Origin: Vicugna vicugna
Taxonomy: Eukaryota
Direction: 5' to 3'
Assembly (NCBI GenBank): GCA_013265495.1
Contig: MU058252.1
Span: 2,328,244-2,392,243, forward strand
Length of the DNA stretch: 64,000 nucleotides
The position numbers were made by a program, and so were the translations under genes. Position 1 is the stretch's first letter; every line of letters starts with the position of its first letter. Positions 37,188-50,320 of the stretch are shown piece after piece. The notes under the pieces were generated by a model. The model did not search any database, was not told the origin of the DNA, and saw only the letters and a list, made by a program, of their open reading frames with translations.

Positions 37188-37843
37188 GCTGGAGGGAACT
37201 GGAACTCTAATACAAAAAGACACAGGCACCCAGTGTTCACAGCAGCACTATTTACAATAGCTGAGACATGGAAGCATCCTAAATGTCCATCGACAGATGA
37301 CTGGATAAAGAAGTTGTAGTATATTTATACAGTGGAATACTACTCAGCCAGAAAAAAGAGTAAAATACTGCCATGTGCAGCAACATGGATGGACCTGGAG
37401 ATTGTCCTACTAAGTGAAGTAGGTCAGACAGAGAAAGACAAATACGATATCATTTATATGTGCTATCTAAAAAAATGATACTAATAAACTTATTTACAAA
37501 ACAGAGACAGACTCACAGACATAGAAACAAACTGATGGTTCCAGGGTGGGGGAAGGGAGTGGGACGGATAAGCTGGGAGTTCGGGATTTGCAGATACACA
37601 CTGCTATATATAAAACAGATAAACAACAAGGACCTATTGCACAGCACGGGGAACTGTATTCAAAACCTTGTAATGGCCTATAATGAAAAAGAAGATGAAA
37701 GGGAGTACGTATATATTTACATATATATACATATAGCTAACTGAATCACTTATGTCGTACAGCAGAAAGGAACACAGCATTGTAAAGCAACTATACTGCA
37801 ATTTAAAAAAGAAAGCAAAAATGAGAAAAAGAAAACAAAATAA
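37188..37843 (+). mobile_element. L1 3' end (ORF2 tail + 3'UTR)
   Basis: aaaagacacaggcaccccagtgttcacagcagcactatttacaatag...ctatactgcaatttaaaaaa; no TSD seen. Confidence 0.95.
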
Positions 37844-38688
37844 AGTGAGTTGGTACATCTGACAGCAGTCGTGCCTCCAGGCATTTAGCCAAAGGCAACC
37901 CTAGCGGGGGCCCAGATCAGGTTTTCACCACCTGGTCTCCCTGAGCCTGGGACGCGTACCTGCGGAATTGTTCGTGCCTTGCTCAGCGGTTTGCCAGATG
38001 ATAACCTCCTAGCGCGCCGGCTTTAGCTGAGGGACCCAGGACGCAACATATTCCTTTCAGGGGGTGGTGAGCACGGCAGTTGAGTTCTGCTGCTTCCTCG
38101 CCTTGTTGAGAACACCGTGTCTTCATCACAGGTCTTTAAACCTCCCCCCGTTACCCCCATCCCCCCACAGCCCAGAGAGTGCCTCCTCCCAACGTGCTGT
38201 CTTTAGACACTCAGGCTTGGCGAGTGGTGGTCATCTCACTGGGACACACCAGAGACAAGAAAGAGCGTAGAAGCTTGAGGGCTCTGAGCCAGCATTTCCT
38301 CCATTCTGTTCACTGGAGGTTCAGTAACTAAGATGCTCCACGGGATGGTGACGTCAACAGGAAGACATCCCTGGCCAGCCAGAGCCAGGTCCGCGTGTCA
38401 CCCGAGAGCTGTTCCTGGTCCTGCTTAGCTGTTCTCGAGGGTTCCTCCCATATAACCCAGGATGGTTACTGTCCAGGTTCTGGACTAGACTTCTGGTGCG
38501 TTGTGTTGTTTGTTTGCTTTGAGGCTGAAACCAGGATCTAGAGTTCTTTTCTGAAGACAGGGCTGCCAGACCGAAAGTGACAGATGGCCAAACCTCGGCC
38601 CTCCCACCCTCGCTCCTTCTCCCTCTCCGCTGCCCTGAAATCAGAGCAGTGTTCAAGGACGGCGTCGTCTGGACGCCCACGGGAGGCA

Positions 38689-39136
38689 CAGGCAGACCGC
38701 GTTCCATCACACTGTGCTTAGCTGAGCTTTGCAGACGCCGTTTCTTTCAGCTGAAGGTCTGTGGCGACCCTGCCTCGAGCAAGTCTGCTGGCGCCTTTCG
38801 TCCAGTGGCAGTTGCTCGCTTCATGCCTCTGTGTCACGTTTCGTTAATCCTCACGGCCGCTCCCCTTTTTCATTACTATCCTAGTTTCGATGGTCTGTGA
38901 TCGGTGATCGTTGACGTTACTGCTACCACTTGCTGAGGGTGTAGGTGACAGTTGTAAGTATTTTTTAAGTAAAGCGTGTGCCTTGTTTTCTTAGACAATG
39001 CTGTTGCACACTTGCTAGGTGCATAAGTTTCATCTGCCCTGGGAAACCAGAATATTCGCCTGACTTGCTTTGTGGCAGTGTTCACTTTATTGCGGTGGTC
39101 TGGAACGGAACCCACGGTACCGCCGAGGCGTTCCTG
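38689..39136 (+). mobile_element. Internally deleted Tigger1 DNA transposon (TcMar-Tigger, Tigger1a-type non-autonomous)
   Basis: 5' caggcagaccgcg...gaaggtctgtggcgaccctgcctcgagcaagtct and 3' cactttattgcggtggtctggaacggaaccc...ccgaggcgttcctg|ta match both Tigger1 ends; TA retained at the 3' side. Confidence 0.9.
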
Positions 39137-41531
39137 TAGGAGTACAAATACGACCTCGCAGTACAGATGAGGTGGGGCAAGAGTTGTCTCCAGAGAGTGG
39201 CAGAGACAGCCACCGTGGGAGGCGCCCGGGACAGAGGTTCTCGAGTCTTCCTGGAGCCCTCTGCCAGTGGGGGAGCGGTGCGTCTCATCGAGTGTGGCGC
39301 TGGTCAGCGTGACCGTAAATGAGGCCGCGTGTTTTTAATAGATAGACGAGCGAGCTGGGAGGCGGCGGGTAGCAGGTTCAGAATCGGGAGCCAGAGCCGT
39401 GACTGAGGGAACGTGGGCCAACACCTGACTCCCTGGGTCTTGGCTGTAAGCTGGGAGGGTGCTGGTGGATTAGATCTCAATTTACTGTCTGACCAAAGGA
39501 TGGGAAACAGTTTTATGAGGGGAACAGATGATCAAGTAAGTTTGAGGAATGTATTTATCCCTGGTAAGACTTAGGCCCTACTTTAAGCCGACATGAAGCA
39601 CAAAGCTTCCAGGAGGAAGAGCAGTGAGCAACAGGTGAACTTACGTGGCCACAGCACCTTTTCCTCAAGGAGGACCCATCGTGACCCACGGTCTGCTGGA
39701 CCCAGTGGGGACACTGAGCAGGTGATCTGAAAGGCTCTTCCCCTCTGCTGCTCCCTGGCATGGCCTCGCGGAGGAGGCGAACGTGACGGGGTGGTGTCAG
39801 AGGTCCTGAGCGCCCCCTCGAGGAGCAGCTCTGGGCGGTTGGTGGAGCCCACGTGGAAACCGGTGGCCTCCTTCCGCTGCCGCCTGCCCCGCCCTGCAGT
39901 ACAGTGCGCGCCGGGGGCGACCACAGCCCTATTCGGGGAATACTGGGTTGGCGGGTGTTTGATTAAATCAGTCGCTGGGAGGGGAAGGGACTTGCCCCAC
40001 ACTAATTCCGTCTAGAACTAAGGCCGTCTGTGGGGGTAAAATGTGAAGCTTGGTCCTTAAGTAAATGAAGCTAACTTAAGGGAAAAAAATTTTTTGAAAA
40101 TGTAGATGTCCTTCGGATTCTGGCTTAGATATGTCTGATGTGGGGGTGCTCAAGGAGAAGGAATAAATAGTCTCTTGAAACTTTTTGTAAGTTCTAATTG
40201 TAATAGATACGAGTTCACTTCATAAATTGTGTACTCCTTCGGAAAAAAAAGTTAAATATTAACCTGGAAATGGAAAAATAAATTGGATCTTTCATTCCTA
40301 CGTACACACACCTTTTTTTTTTTTTTTTTTGCTTCCAATAAATAAAACATGCTATCCTTGAAGGGAAAAGACGGGGCAAGCTCGAAGTGCTTTGCGGATT
40401 GCTCACTTCTTCCCACATTTAAGCTGGATGGGAGGCATCTTTGCAGTTTGCCTACGGTGAACTCAGTCTCGGCGGCCTGCTGGTCACAGTGCGCGTTGAG
40501 ACAGAGACCACTGCCCTCAAGCCTCCGGCAGCCGCGTTGTCAGATGTGGGCTGAGCAGCTGATGGAATTGCTGGTCCTCCTGCTGCTCGTCGCTGATCTG
40601 GCTAAGTGCTCCCCTCGGCTGGCTGAGTAGATTCCGTCCACATCAAGCCAGGTTTTTGGTGTCTTAAAAGGAAATGAGACTGCGGATGCTGCCAGAGAGC
40701 CAGTGCTCAACTCGGCTTCACCCACTGACGAGACACGGAGGCCACCACCCTCCCCACACCTCAAACCACCCGCTGCCCGTGCACTTCTCACCCCACCCCC
40801 GGCCCCCATCCCAGGGCTCCGCCGGCCTCTCACCCCACCCTTCCTGGTTCCCCCAGCCCCCCCGGCCTGCCCGCCTCTGTGGCCACGCTCCCGCCGCAGC
40901 CCTCGCTTCCTTTCGGGCGTCTCGTAAGAGGTCTCTCCCCACTCCTTCTGCCAGTGAGGTTTGTATTTTGTAGCAAAAAAGGGTTTCCATGTCTTCAGTG
41001 GATTTCCATTGCCTTAATGAAAAAGACTGCACTCCTCGGTCAAGAGCAGGGGTTCGTCGCTTCCCCCTGCACCCCCGTGCCACCTGTGCCCACGACGCAC
41101 GAACTCCACGTGACACTGCTCGCCACTCCGGGCACTCACTGTGCGGCTGCGCGTCTGTGCCCTCCGCTCCACGTTGTCCTCCTTCCCCACAGTGATTCTC
41201 CCACACTTCTCTGCCAGCACCGTTCACATCCAGCCCACCTTCGCTCCTCCAGATGCTGCCCTGCTCCGCGTGCAGCGATTGTCCCGTCTTCCACGACCCA
41301 TGCCCTACTGTGTGCAGCACTAGGCACTGGACCCCGGCATCTTCTGTCTTTCCCTGGTTTATGGACCCTGGGGAGAGAGACAGACAGAGACAGAGAATGA
41401 TCATTAATCATACTGAGTTTCCTATCACTGATATAAATATACCCAAAAAAAAAAAAAACGGTAACTCTAGGCCAGAACTGTATCGGGTGCCTTAAAAATG
41501 GTGTCTTATTTCATGTTTAAAATATGTCCCT

Positions 41532-41653
41532 GGGGGAGGGTGCAGATCAGTGGTAGGGCGCGTGCCTAGCATGCATGAGGTCCTGGGTTCAGTCCCCAGT
41601 CCCTCCACTGAAATCAATAAATAAATAACCTAGTCCCCACCCCCCCAAAAAAA
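41532..41653 (+). mobile_element. tRNA-derived SINE (Vic-1-like), left monomer of tandem pair
   Basis: gggggagggtgcagatcagtggtagggcgcgtgcctagcatgcatgaggtcctgggttcagtccccag; A and B boxes recognisable. Confidence 0.9.
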
Positions 41654-41669
41654 GAGGTCTGCCCATTTA

Positions 41670-41804
41670 GGGGGGAGGGTATAGCTCAGTGGAAGATGTG
41701 TGCTTGGCACACATGAGGTCCTGGGTTCAAGCCCTAGTACCTCCATAAAAGAAGTAAATGAACAAATGAAACCTAATTACCCCCCCCAAAAAAGTATTAA
41801 AAAA
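41670..41804 (+). mobile_element. tRNA-derived SINE (Vic-1-like), right monomer of tandem pair
   Basis: ggggggagggtatagctcagtgg...gaggtcctgggttcaagccctagtacctcc...aaacctaattacccccccc. Confidence 0.9.
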
Positions 41805-44800
41805 TAAAATATGTCATTTTATCACACCTCGCAGATAAGGAAGTGGATTCAGGGAGGGGAACTTTGCCCCGGCTCACATGGGGTCGCGCGAGCTCCTGGC
41901 CCCCCTCCTCGGGGTCGCTCATTCCCCGGGGCGCCCTGCACTGGCCCGTGCATCCTCCCAGGCACTGGCCCGCGTGCTTCGTGGCTCCAAAAGTGTTTCT
42001 GAGGAGAACTGAGGAGCTTCCTGCTGGGGAGAAGAGTCTGTCAGGAGGTGAAGGACGCTCCCGGGAGGGAGACGAGGGGATGCTGGAAATCTTGACTTGT
42101 AATTCCTCAAAGGTAAAGTGCAGTAAAATGTTGTTACTGGAACCCTGGAACCTTATGCAAAGAAGACGGTAATTTAGGCAGACCCCTGAAAACCAGTGAT
42201 CCACTGATATGCCTAATAGCAGGAGATTTGCAGAAATGACAGCAAACATAACGTTGTTCCAGCTGGGGAGCGTGGCCCATAGAAACCTGCTCCCTAGCAA
42301 TTAGACCACAGTCCAACTGCAGACCTGTGATCACCGAAAACGCAGTTTGCCTGTGGACAGAGGTGGCGAGCTGCCCTGCCTTGGCCGAGTCCCTCCACTC
42401 AAGGCACTGCAGGGACCCCCGGAGGCAAGCTGCGGAACCCCAGGTGTCTCCTTACGCCCTCCTGAGGAGAGTCCTCCAAGTTGTCTCTGTCCCCTTGAGC
42501 ACTGCTTCCTTAGCCTTCTTTCCTGGGGACCCTTTGAACTCAGATGCACCTGCCTCTGGCCTGTCCAGTCTGGGGGCTCCCTCATCCCGCCTCCCTGAGT
42601 AACCCCTCGATGAGTGAGGTCCCTGCAGGAAATCAGCCCCTTCCCGCTGCCACCCAGCTCTCCCTCTCCCAGCCTGTGCGGTCTTCCTCTTTGCCATCCG
42701 CGCCTCCGGCTCTTGGGCTCTCTGTCACACGAAAGCAGAGCCGCAGAAGGAAGGCTGTGATCTTGGAATTTGGAGGGGTCTTAGTGATGTGTCAGTCCAG
42801 TCAATGCCTCCTCCCCAAACTCCATTCCAGTGATGAAGTATGGTATTTCTGCAGACGACTGAAATCTCTGAAGGACGAGGTTACAGTGAGAAATTCATCC
42901 ATCACAGAGCAGGGAAGAGCCAGTCAGCTGGTGTCGGACTTGTTGCCAAGGGTCCGTGGTGCCTTGACGCGGGGGAACGGTGTGGAGGGAGGGGACGCAG
43001 CAGGGGCGGTCCGTGGGTGGAGCGTGATCATCCGTGCTGGAAAGGGCCCAGGCCCCTGGACTAGCACGTCCCTTCCCCGTTGAATGGGGTGCTCAGGGGT
43101 GATCATGGCCACTGGCGGTGTGACCTCCATTTCTCCTTTCACGGGGCACTGAGCCAACACACACCACGTGCAATGTGGTCAGTGATTTAAATTGAAAGTG
43201 ACTGTGGTCTGCAGGGGTGATCAAGGTAGCTTCCTTTTCCAAAAGTACTGGCCCTTTTTTGCCTCCTTGCCTCAACTTAGAAGGCACTGTGGTTCTGATG
43301 TAATTCTGGGATCTGAGGTTAGTCTATCCAAGCTTAGGGCCCTCTGAAGAAGAGCAATAGACCGATTTTCATAAGTCCCCAAGCTGGCTTCTGCTCCCTG
43401 TCCGTTCCCTTTGAATCCGTACCTCTCCTTTGCAAACGCGGTGTTTTATGCACAGAAAACACGTGGACTTGACAGCTTCACCTTCTCCCTCAGAAGTTCC
43501 TTAAAAGCTCGCATACCCACCGATCAAGGCTTTTTTATGAGACACAACCGAGATGTTTCATGTGTATGGTGCCAATAAACACACTTCTCCAGAAGGAACC
43601 AGTCCTGTTTATGTAAAGACATTTCATTTGAGTGAATGGAAATAGCAGATTAGGGAACATGCGATGGGGCACTGAAGGTGCTTCTTGGAATGAAGATACC
43701 ATTTGGAAAACCTCAAGGTGCTCATGGCTTGAGGAAAGCCTGCGTCTGGCAGGCAGCTCCCTGTAACAGGCACGGACGGAGGCCCTCGTTCTGTGCCACA
43801 CGGCTCACCTGGAGTGCAGATCCGCAGGAGGGAGGCCAAGCCCATCCCTTTAACCTGTTGACCGTGGACCGTGACTGTTTAGCTGGGCTCTTCCGTCGTG
43901 GGGTCGTTGCCGATCCTCCACCGGCACCAGCTCATCGGACCAGCCACGAAGCCAGTGTTGATGCAGCCGGGACCCGTGACTGCAGAGGAGAAATAACAAA
44001 GGCTGGAAAGAGACAAATGTCACCATGAGTTTGGTTGGGAGGACGGGGTATCTGCTGCCAAGCAATGTGTGTGAGCAAGGATTTTTCTAAACTGATTTTT
44101 TTTTTTTTTACTATTAATTGAACAAGGCCACCATGGATGTGAACCCAGTTCAACACGAAGAGCATCAGGCCTGTTGAGAGAATGAAGCAAATGGACAGCA
44201 TCACTTAGCAAATAAATGCTGTATCGGCTTGGGCCTGACAAGGAAACACCTGGACCCGAACGCCTCCTGTCACAGCCGTGGCAGCCAGATTACGGTGACC
44301 CCATCTCGGGGCGCCCTCCTCGTGTAACAGAAGGAGCCTCTCCATCCCCCTAAGAGCAGAGGACGCGGGCCTGGCCAGGCTCAAATGAGAGTCTCGGGCT
44401 GTGGGACCACGTGGGAGGGAGCACCCCGTGCTTCCATGGGTCCCGCGTATCCGGAGGAGTCCAGGGAGAGGCAGCGGGCCCGTCGACTGTCCGTCTGCCT
44501 GCTGTTTGCCCGTTTTATGTCTGTCGTTCCATCTGTAGTTTCATCTGGACCACAGCCACTAAGAAGTCTGCTTTTCATCCCCTTCTTCCCTCCAACAATA
44601 CATCACCATCCGTGCAGGTCCCACGGCCAGTTGGCTTGAGGGACAGAGAGATAGCAGCATTGCGTGTGGGCAAAAAGGAGACAGAGGGGGAGGCGCCTTG
44701 GCTCACACACGTGACCTCCCAGCCACAGTCCCTGTCTCAGCCTGCAGACCAAGGGCACTCGGTATGTCTACACCAGTCCCCAGTCCTGCTTCTGGCCCCA

Positions 44801-46637
44801 GTCGTCCCTGAGTTCTGGGAGTGCACAGTGACACAGAGCCCTACGAAGTGCAGGGAGCAAGAGGGCTGTGGGAAGAGACCGTCGGGTTCCCCCGACACGT
44901 GCAGGGGCTCCGATGGGAGTGGCCCGGCGCTGGCCGCCACGTCTGGCTTCTTACCCTCGACAGCCCTCTCCTCTGATCTTCAGTGCGCCCCCGAGCAGCC
45001 CACGCCGAGGCTGAGGCCTGTGCGTCCCCCTTCTCTACCCAACTAGAGATCTCTTTGTCGATACTCCAATTTTTAAGAGAAGGGCCAGCTTAATTCTGTT
45101 AGCACACGTGAACCCACATGTTGCAAAAGAGAGGCCAGCCAGCCCACGGTAATTAATTTTATTCACCCCACGTCTGCGCTGCAGGATTACATAGGGTAAT
45201 CTCATAACTGCTACGCAGTGCAGTCTCTCAGGCTCGGCGCCCCGTGCAAACGCAGGGAGCTGATCTTAGGAATCCTGTGAAATACCGGGAGGGTTCAGCT
45301 TCTTAGTGGCTTTCAGAATGCCGGCCTGGACACAGCAACCTGAATTACTGACCTCGCGCTTTCTAAAACCGTGGAATTTTAGAAACGTAATTTAAAAGGA
45401 AAGGCTCACTTCTAATAATAACACAGCGATTGACCACAGCGCTTGGAGAATCGCCTCGAAACCTTTTTGGAAGAGCGTGTAAATCAGCTAGTACACAGAT
45501 AAGACGCCCGGAGCATGGGGACCTCGCGGCCCCGGGTTTCTGTACGTCAGACGAGAGACTGAGCGCTGAGTTCACTCTAAGGCCCCTTGGATGCAGAAGT
45601 GATGAATTTTCCGTGAGCTCCAGGTTCAGCTGGAGGCCATTTGGCTTTTGCCTTTGGTGATAGTCTTTGGTAAAAGTGGAGCCACTTTCCCGCCAAGTTC
45701 ATGCCCCAGCCTCGGAGGGCTCTGGGGTCATCTGCAGACAAGCCCTCAGATCTGGGGGGTGGGGAGGTGGGGGCTCAGCAGCTGCGCCCTGAGACCGCGA
45801 CGCTCAATTTTAGAAGAACCATAATGAATCCTTTATTTTCTTCCTCTACTGAAGAGGTGAGCTTGGTGCCTCCTGGCAAATTGGAATTTCAGGAAATGTG
45901 TCTGTGCAGGAAGTGTAGCCCGTCGTAAAAGCGCCAAATGCGCTTCATGACCCTTCCTTCCTCCCGAGCCCCCATGGCGAGCCCCTCGTTCTGCAGATGG
46001 AGACACTGAGGGTCCTGCCCTGCTGGCCTGGGTTCCTGGAAACATCAGGGAATTATGACCTTGCACTGTGCCTTGGCACGCGGTAGCTACTCAGCAGATA
46101 GTCTTTAAATGAATGAACGAGCCAATGAACAAACAAACGGGGTGCCTGTTCCGAAACCACTCTGGGCCCCGTCTGTGTTTCACAGCACTTGCGCTGCTTC
46201 CGTTCCAGGAGCCTTTATAACCTGAGGGCCAAGGCCGCCTGCACGGCACTGCCAAGTGAGAAGCACTTGCGTCTGCATCAAATTAGCCTTTCTGCCCAGG
46301 CTCATGTAAAGAAGGCAGCTTATCCCTCATGTCATGGAAAGAAATCCTCACTATATTTCTCAGTGGTCCTAGAATAAACAGTAAATGGAATGCCCCACAT
46401 CCGTGGCGGTCGGGAAAAGGGAGAAGCCGGAGATGAGGAGGGATGGGGACTTAGTGACCGTGGACTTAACGTCTCAGTGGGCTCGTGCTGGACACGGACG
46501 TGGACGTCAGGGGCTGCCCTGCAGGCGATGCCAACTGCTTGCTTGCATCGGAGCAAATCAAAATGCTTCACCTGATGCAGAGAGAGATGTCAGCTGAAGT
46601 CTACGCCATTAATTCAGTATCAGCTACTCAGAATACT

Positions 46638-46845
46638 CTTTTTTTAAATTGAAATACAGTCAGTTACAATGTGTCACTGTCTGCTGTAGAGAGTCATGTC
46701 CCAGTCATGCATATACATACTAAATATATTCATTTTCATACTCTTTTTCATTAAAGGTTATTACAAGATACTGACTATAGTTCCCTGTGCTCTACAGAAG
46801 AAATTTGGTTTTTATCTATTTTTATATATAGTGGTTAACATTTGT
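46638..46845 (-). mobile_element. Young L1 3' terminal fragment
   Basis: Closely similar to 1880-2080 (cagttacaatgtgtc...gtcccagtcatgcat...ttcattaaaggttattacaag). Confidence 0.93.
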
Positions 46846-48065
46846 GGCTTAGAATTGAAAGATACTGTACTCCCAAGAAATGTGCAAAGATGACAAGATA
46901 AACTGGTAACGACCTCTTCCATAGTTCATTCTCCACGTACTCAGTTAAGTGGTTTAAACACGTGACGGAGGCTGTCATTTACAGGTGTGTCAGGAGAGGA
47001 ATATTTGAATTAAAGTGAGATTAACACAACGTGCTGAACGACGGGAAAGAAACTGCTGTTGGGTTGGCATGAGATAATTCACTTGGTTTCCGATGTGGGT
47101 TTCTCAACTGAGTATGGACGTAAATGGGCAGAGAAAACAGTGAACGCAAATGCAAAGACAGCCGTCTGTTTATTGTTTATAACGTTCCCCCAAATACGTA
47201 CAAAAGTGGGATGTGAAAACAGTAAATAGTAAGTTTCTATGTTATGAGATTAGGGGGTGGTTCTGAAAGCTACAGAGTATTTAAAAACTCCTTCATTCCA
47301 TCTCATCTTCAAGGTGAAATATTCATCAGTTTTGTAGTATTGTACTGTAGTGCTGTAAATCGTAGTGTTGTAGTATTGTAGAATGTATTGTAATATTTAC
47401 ATGTTATTTAGTTTTGTTCTTTTCCTCCTCAAATGAGCATACAGTCAACTAAATTTGGTTGGACCTCCTTTGTGATCCACCACTTGAGCAATATTCATAT
47501 AATAGAGAAAACTATGCAAACTCAGTTAATGTGATCTATGGCTTCTAATTATTGGAATCATTTCTGCATTTTCCTAGTCCTTTTTTTTTTTAAAAAAAAG
47601 AGCGAAATGTGAAAATAAAACTCACACACTTACGTGGGGCCGGGGAAGGAACCCAGAGACGTTGCTAAAACGGACCTGCTGTCAGGCACACAGCATCGCA
47701 GCAAATGCTCACTTGTCAGCAGTGGACACGGTTCCGAGTGTGACCCTTAGACCCTTAGACTCCTCAACGAGCAGACTGTTCCGAGGTCGAATGAACCCTG
47801 CAGAATGGATTCTTTTGCTGAATAGCAGTCATGGGACAGCAGAAGGTGTAAGAAGGCTGTGGAAAGTGGCCCAGGACTGTGGCCCCTGTCGGCGGTTAGG
47901 ATCACAGGGCATTCTGACGCCGGCTCCCTGTGTGGGGAGCTCCGTGTGCAGGGGCCTGGGGCGAGAAGAGGCAGACTCTGCTGCATCCAGAAGTAAACAG
48001 GCAGCCGGAGCAGAACGGGTTGTGGGAGTCGGGTGCCTCTCCCCCACTGACTGATCACAGTTCCT

Positions 48066-48238
48066 TGTTTTAAAATTTTAAGTCTGGTCGATTTACAGTG
48101 CTGTGTCAGTTTCTGGTGGGCAGCACAGTGATCCAGTTACACACACGTGTGTATTCCTTTTCATAATCTTTCTCACCATAGGCTATTACAAGGTATTGAA
48201 CATAGTTCCCTGGGCTGTGCAGTAGGACCTTGTGGTTT
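48066..48238 (-). mobile_element. L1 3' terminal fragment with TSD
   Basis: TSD ctgatcacagttcct 48051-48065 / ctggtcacagttctt 48239-48253. Confidence 0.9.
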
Positions 48239-48629
48239 CTGGTCACAGTTCTTGGAAGTTCTAAATCGAGACTCCTCGGTATCGAGTCTCTGAGGCGACG
48301 GAACACATGCAACCAGTCACGAGTGGCGGTGCTGTCGGTGGTTTCAGAGTCCGAGCGACGGGACCAGGGACTGCAAGTTTAGCTCTCCGATAAGCTTCAA
48401 GTCAGATCACGCTTTGTTTTTGAATAAGCAGTCGATGTTTCAGGAAGACAAATTGAAAAGCAGATAATCAAGTAAATGAAAGACAAGCAGAGAGAGAAAT
48501 GCAGAAGTGGCCCCGTAGTCTCATCAGTCAAAGGGAATCACCGTGAACAGTTCGGCAGACGCTGCTCCCGTGGCTTCCTGGGCGTCTGCGGTTCTGTTTA
48601 GATCCATGTCTGTCTGTACTACATCTGTG

Positions 48630-49430
48630 TATGCGTGTAAGTGCGTTTACGTGGCAAAAATGGTGCCCCTTTGTTCTGTGACCTGTCTTCTTGCATAGAA
48701 ACTAGTAAGGGGCATGCTTCATGCCACTGGCCACTCCTCTGTCCTTTCAGTGGCCACCTGCCATCCCTTTCCTGGGCTGCCCCTTGGACAACGTAAGCAC
48801 CTGGTAGGGCTCGGCTCGCTGCTGCTGCTGCACGGCCAGCCTTCCGGTAACACACCTCTGCGCGTTTGTTAAATCGTTCCCTTGGGAAGAGATTTTCAGG
48901 AATAGAATTGCCAGGTCAAAGCTATGTTTTTCATACATTTGATACGCGGTGGAAGTTTTTCTTCTAGAAAAGTTCTGTTGATTTATATTCTCACAGCTGC
49001 ATGGAGAGGAGCCTTTCTAATCAGGCGCTTCTCAGCACGAGGTGTTACCATTCTTTTTCATTGCTGCCAGCCTGATAGGTGGCGGCTGTTAATTGGCGTT
49101 TTGTTGACTAATAAGTAAGGCTGAGTTTTTTCATGTTTATTGTGTTTGTCGGCCATTGTCTTTCCGCGCCCGGTCACGTGCACTGTTCCTCCGCTCAGCG
49201 TGGTTTCCCGTCGCCCCTGCAGGTGGCTTCCTGTTTGTAAGCTTGCTCATCTGCTTGGCGCATCGCTTTTTTACAGATGTTGCTGTCACATCCCACCCTG
49301 CCTTCAGTTTATTTTATGTCTTCTAGTTTGATTTCTATTTTGTCATGTACAGAAACCTAATTTTTATGTAGCCAAATTTACTGAGCTTTTCCATTATGAT
49401 TATAGTTGGGGGCATCGTGTTAGAATTCCA
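48630..49430 (-). mobile_element. Old L1ME-type fragment
   Basis: aggaatagaattgccaggtcaaag...ttgatttatattctcacagc...gactaataagtaaggctgagttttttcatgtttatt...aatttttatgtagccaaattta. Confidence 0.7.
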
Positions 49431-49654
49431 CTCGCCGCAATTGGAAACTGCATCGTTGTGTGGAACTCAGCTTCGCCTTTCCTTCTCAAATAATTCAATT
49501 CTGCAAATCAAAAGACCATCCCCATATTTCACAGGCTCTCGCTGCAAATGACATCGTCATGGCTTCAGGAGGGGTGAAGTCTAACCCACTGCTGTAACTG
49601 AGCTCGAGTATCCTGGTTAGCCCAGTGAACTCACAGATTTCCAAATATTTAATG

Positions 49655-49913
49655 GAGATCTGGTGTCTGGCGAGAGTCTCTGCGGGGTTTGCAGAAGGTC
49701 CTTCTGCCCCTCTGTGTCCTCGCTCGGCAGAGAGAGGCTGCGCTAGTCTCTCCCTCTTCTTGTAAGGTCACCAATCCTGCGGTGGGGGCCCCACCCTCAT
49801 GGCCTCATCTTAACCTGATCATCCCCCAAAGGCCCGTCTCCAGATACTTTCCCTTTAGGGGTTAGGGCTCCAATGTATGTATCTTATGGGGACACAAGCA
49901 TTCAGTCACAACA
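49655..49913 (-). mobile_element. MLT1A/B-like ERVL-MaLR LTR (partial)
   Basis: gggccccaccctcatggcctcatcttaacctgatc...ccaaaggccc...gggggttagggctccaa...ggggacacaagcattcagtcacaaca. Confidence 0.85.
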
Positions 49914-50139
49914 GGCTGCCTGCTGGGGCTGTCCCACCTCTGGCCACCAGCAGTGACCTACGAACTAACACTGGACCAAGTGACTCAGTTCTGACTCACT
50001 GTTGACCTCTGCTGACCAGTGCTCCCAGCCGGTGTCCTGGGCTGGGGGTGGGGGTGGGGCTGTCCTTGGGGGAATGTACGTGAGGGAACAGTGACCTGGT
50101 TGTGAGCACGGGGTTCTGGACCAGGCTCTGCTCCTTACT

Positions 50140-50320
50140 GGACACGTGATTTGTCCTCAGTCTTGTCTCAGCTGGCAAATGCAGTCATATTAGCAACCAC
50201 AGGAGGTCTGAGAATCCAACGAGTTAAGACAGTAAGAGCTCCCACGTGCCGGCTCCCACAGCAAGTGCTGTGCAGCCTCACCGTATCAGTCACTGATGAT
50301 GCGAAGTGCTTGTTCATTAC
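50140..50320 (+). mobile_element. MIR fragment
   Basis: tgtcctcagtcttgtctcagctggcaaatgcag...tgagaatccaacgagtta...cgtgccggctcccacagcaagtgct. Confidence 0.5.

Noticed and set aside
40718..41404. Longest ORFs (228 aa here; also 44411-45046, 30688-31242, 62207-62752)
   Set aside because: They have G/R/P/A/S-biased composition, no domains and overlapping open frames on both strands, as expected from stop-poor GC-rich DNA; several overlap MIR or L2 relics.
41670..41745. tRNA-Ala-like gene (also at 10610-10685, 58728-58800, 60785-60858)
   Set aside because: These have A/B boxes but are diverged copies with a shared non-tRNA tail, A-rich ends and in most cases TSDs, so they are SINEs rather than tRNA genes.
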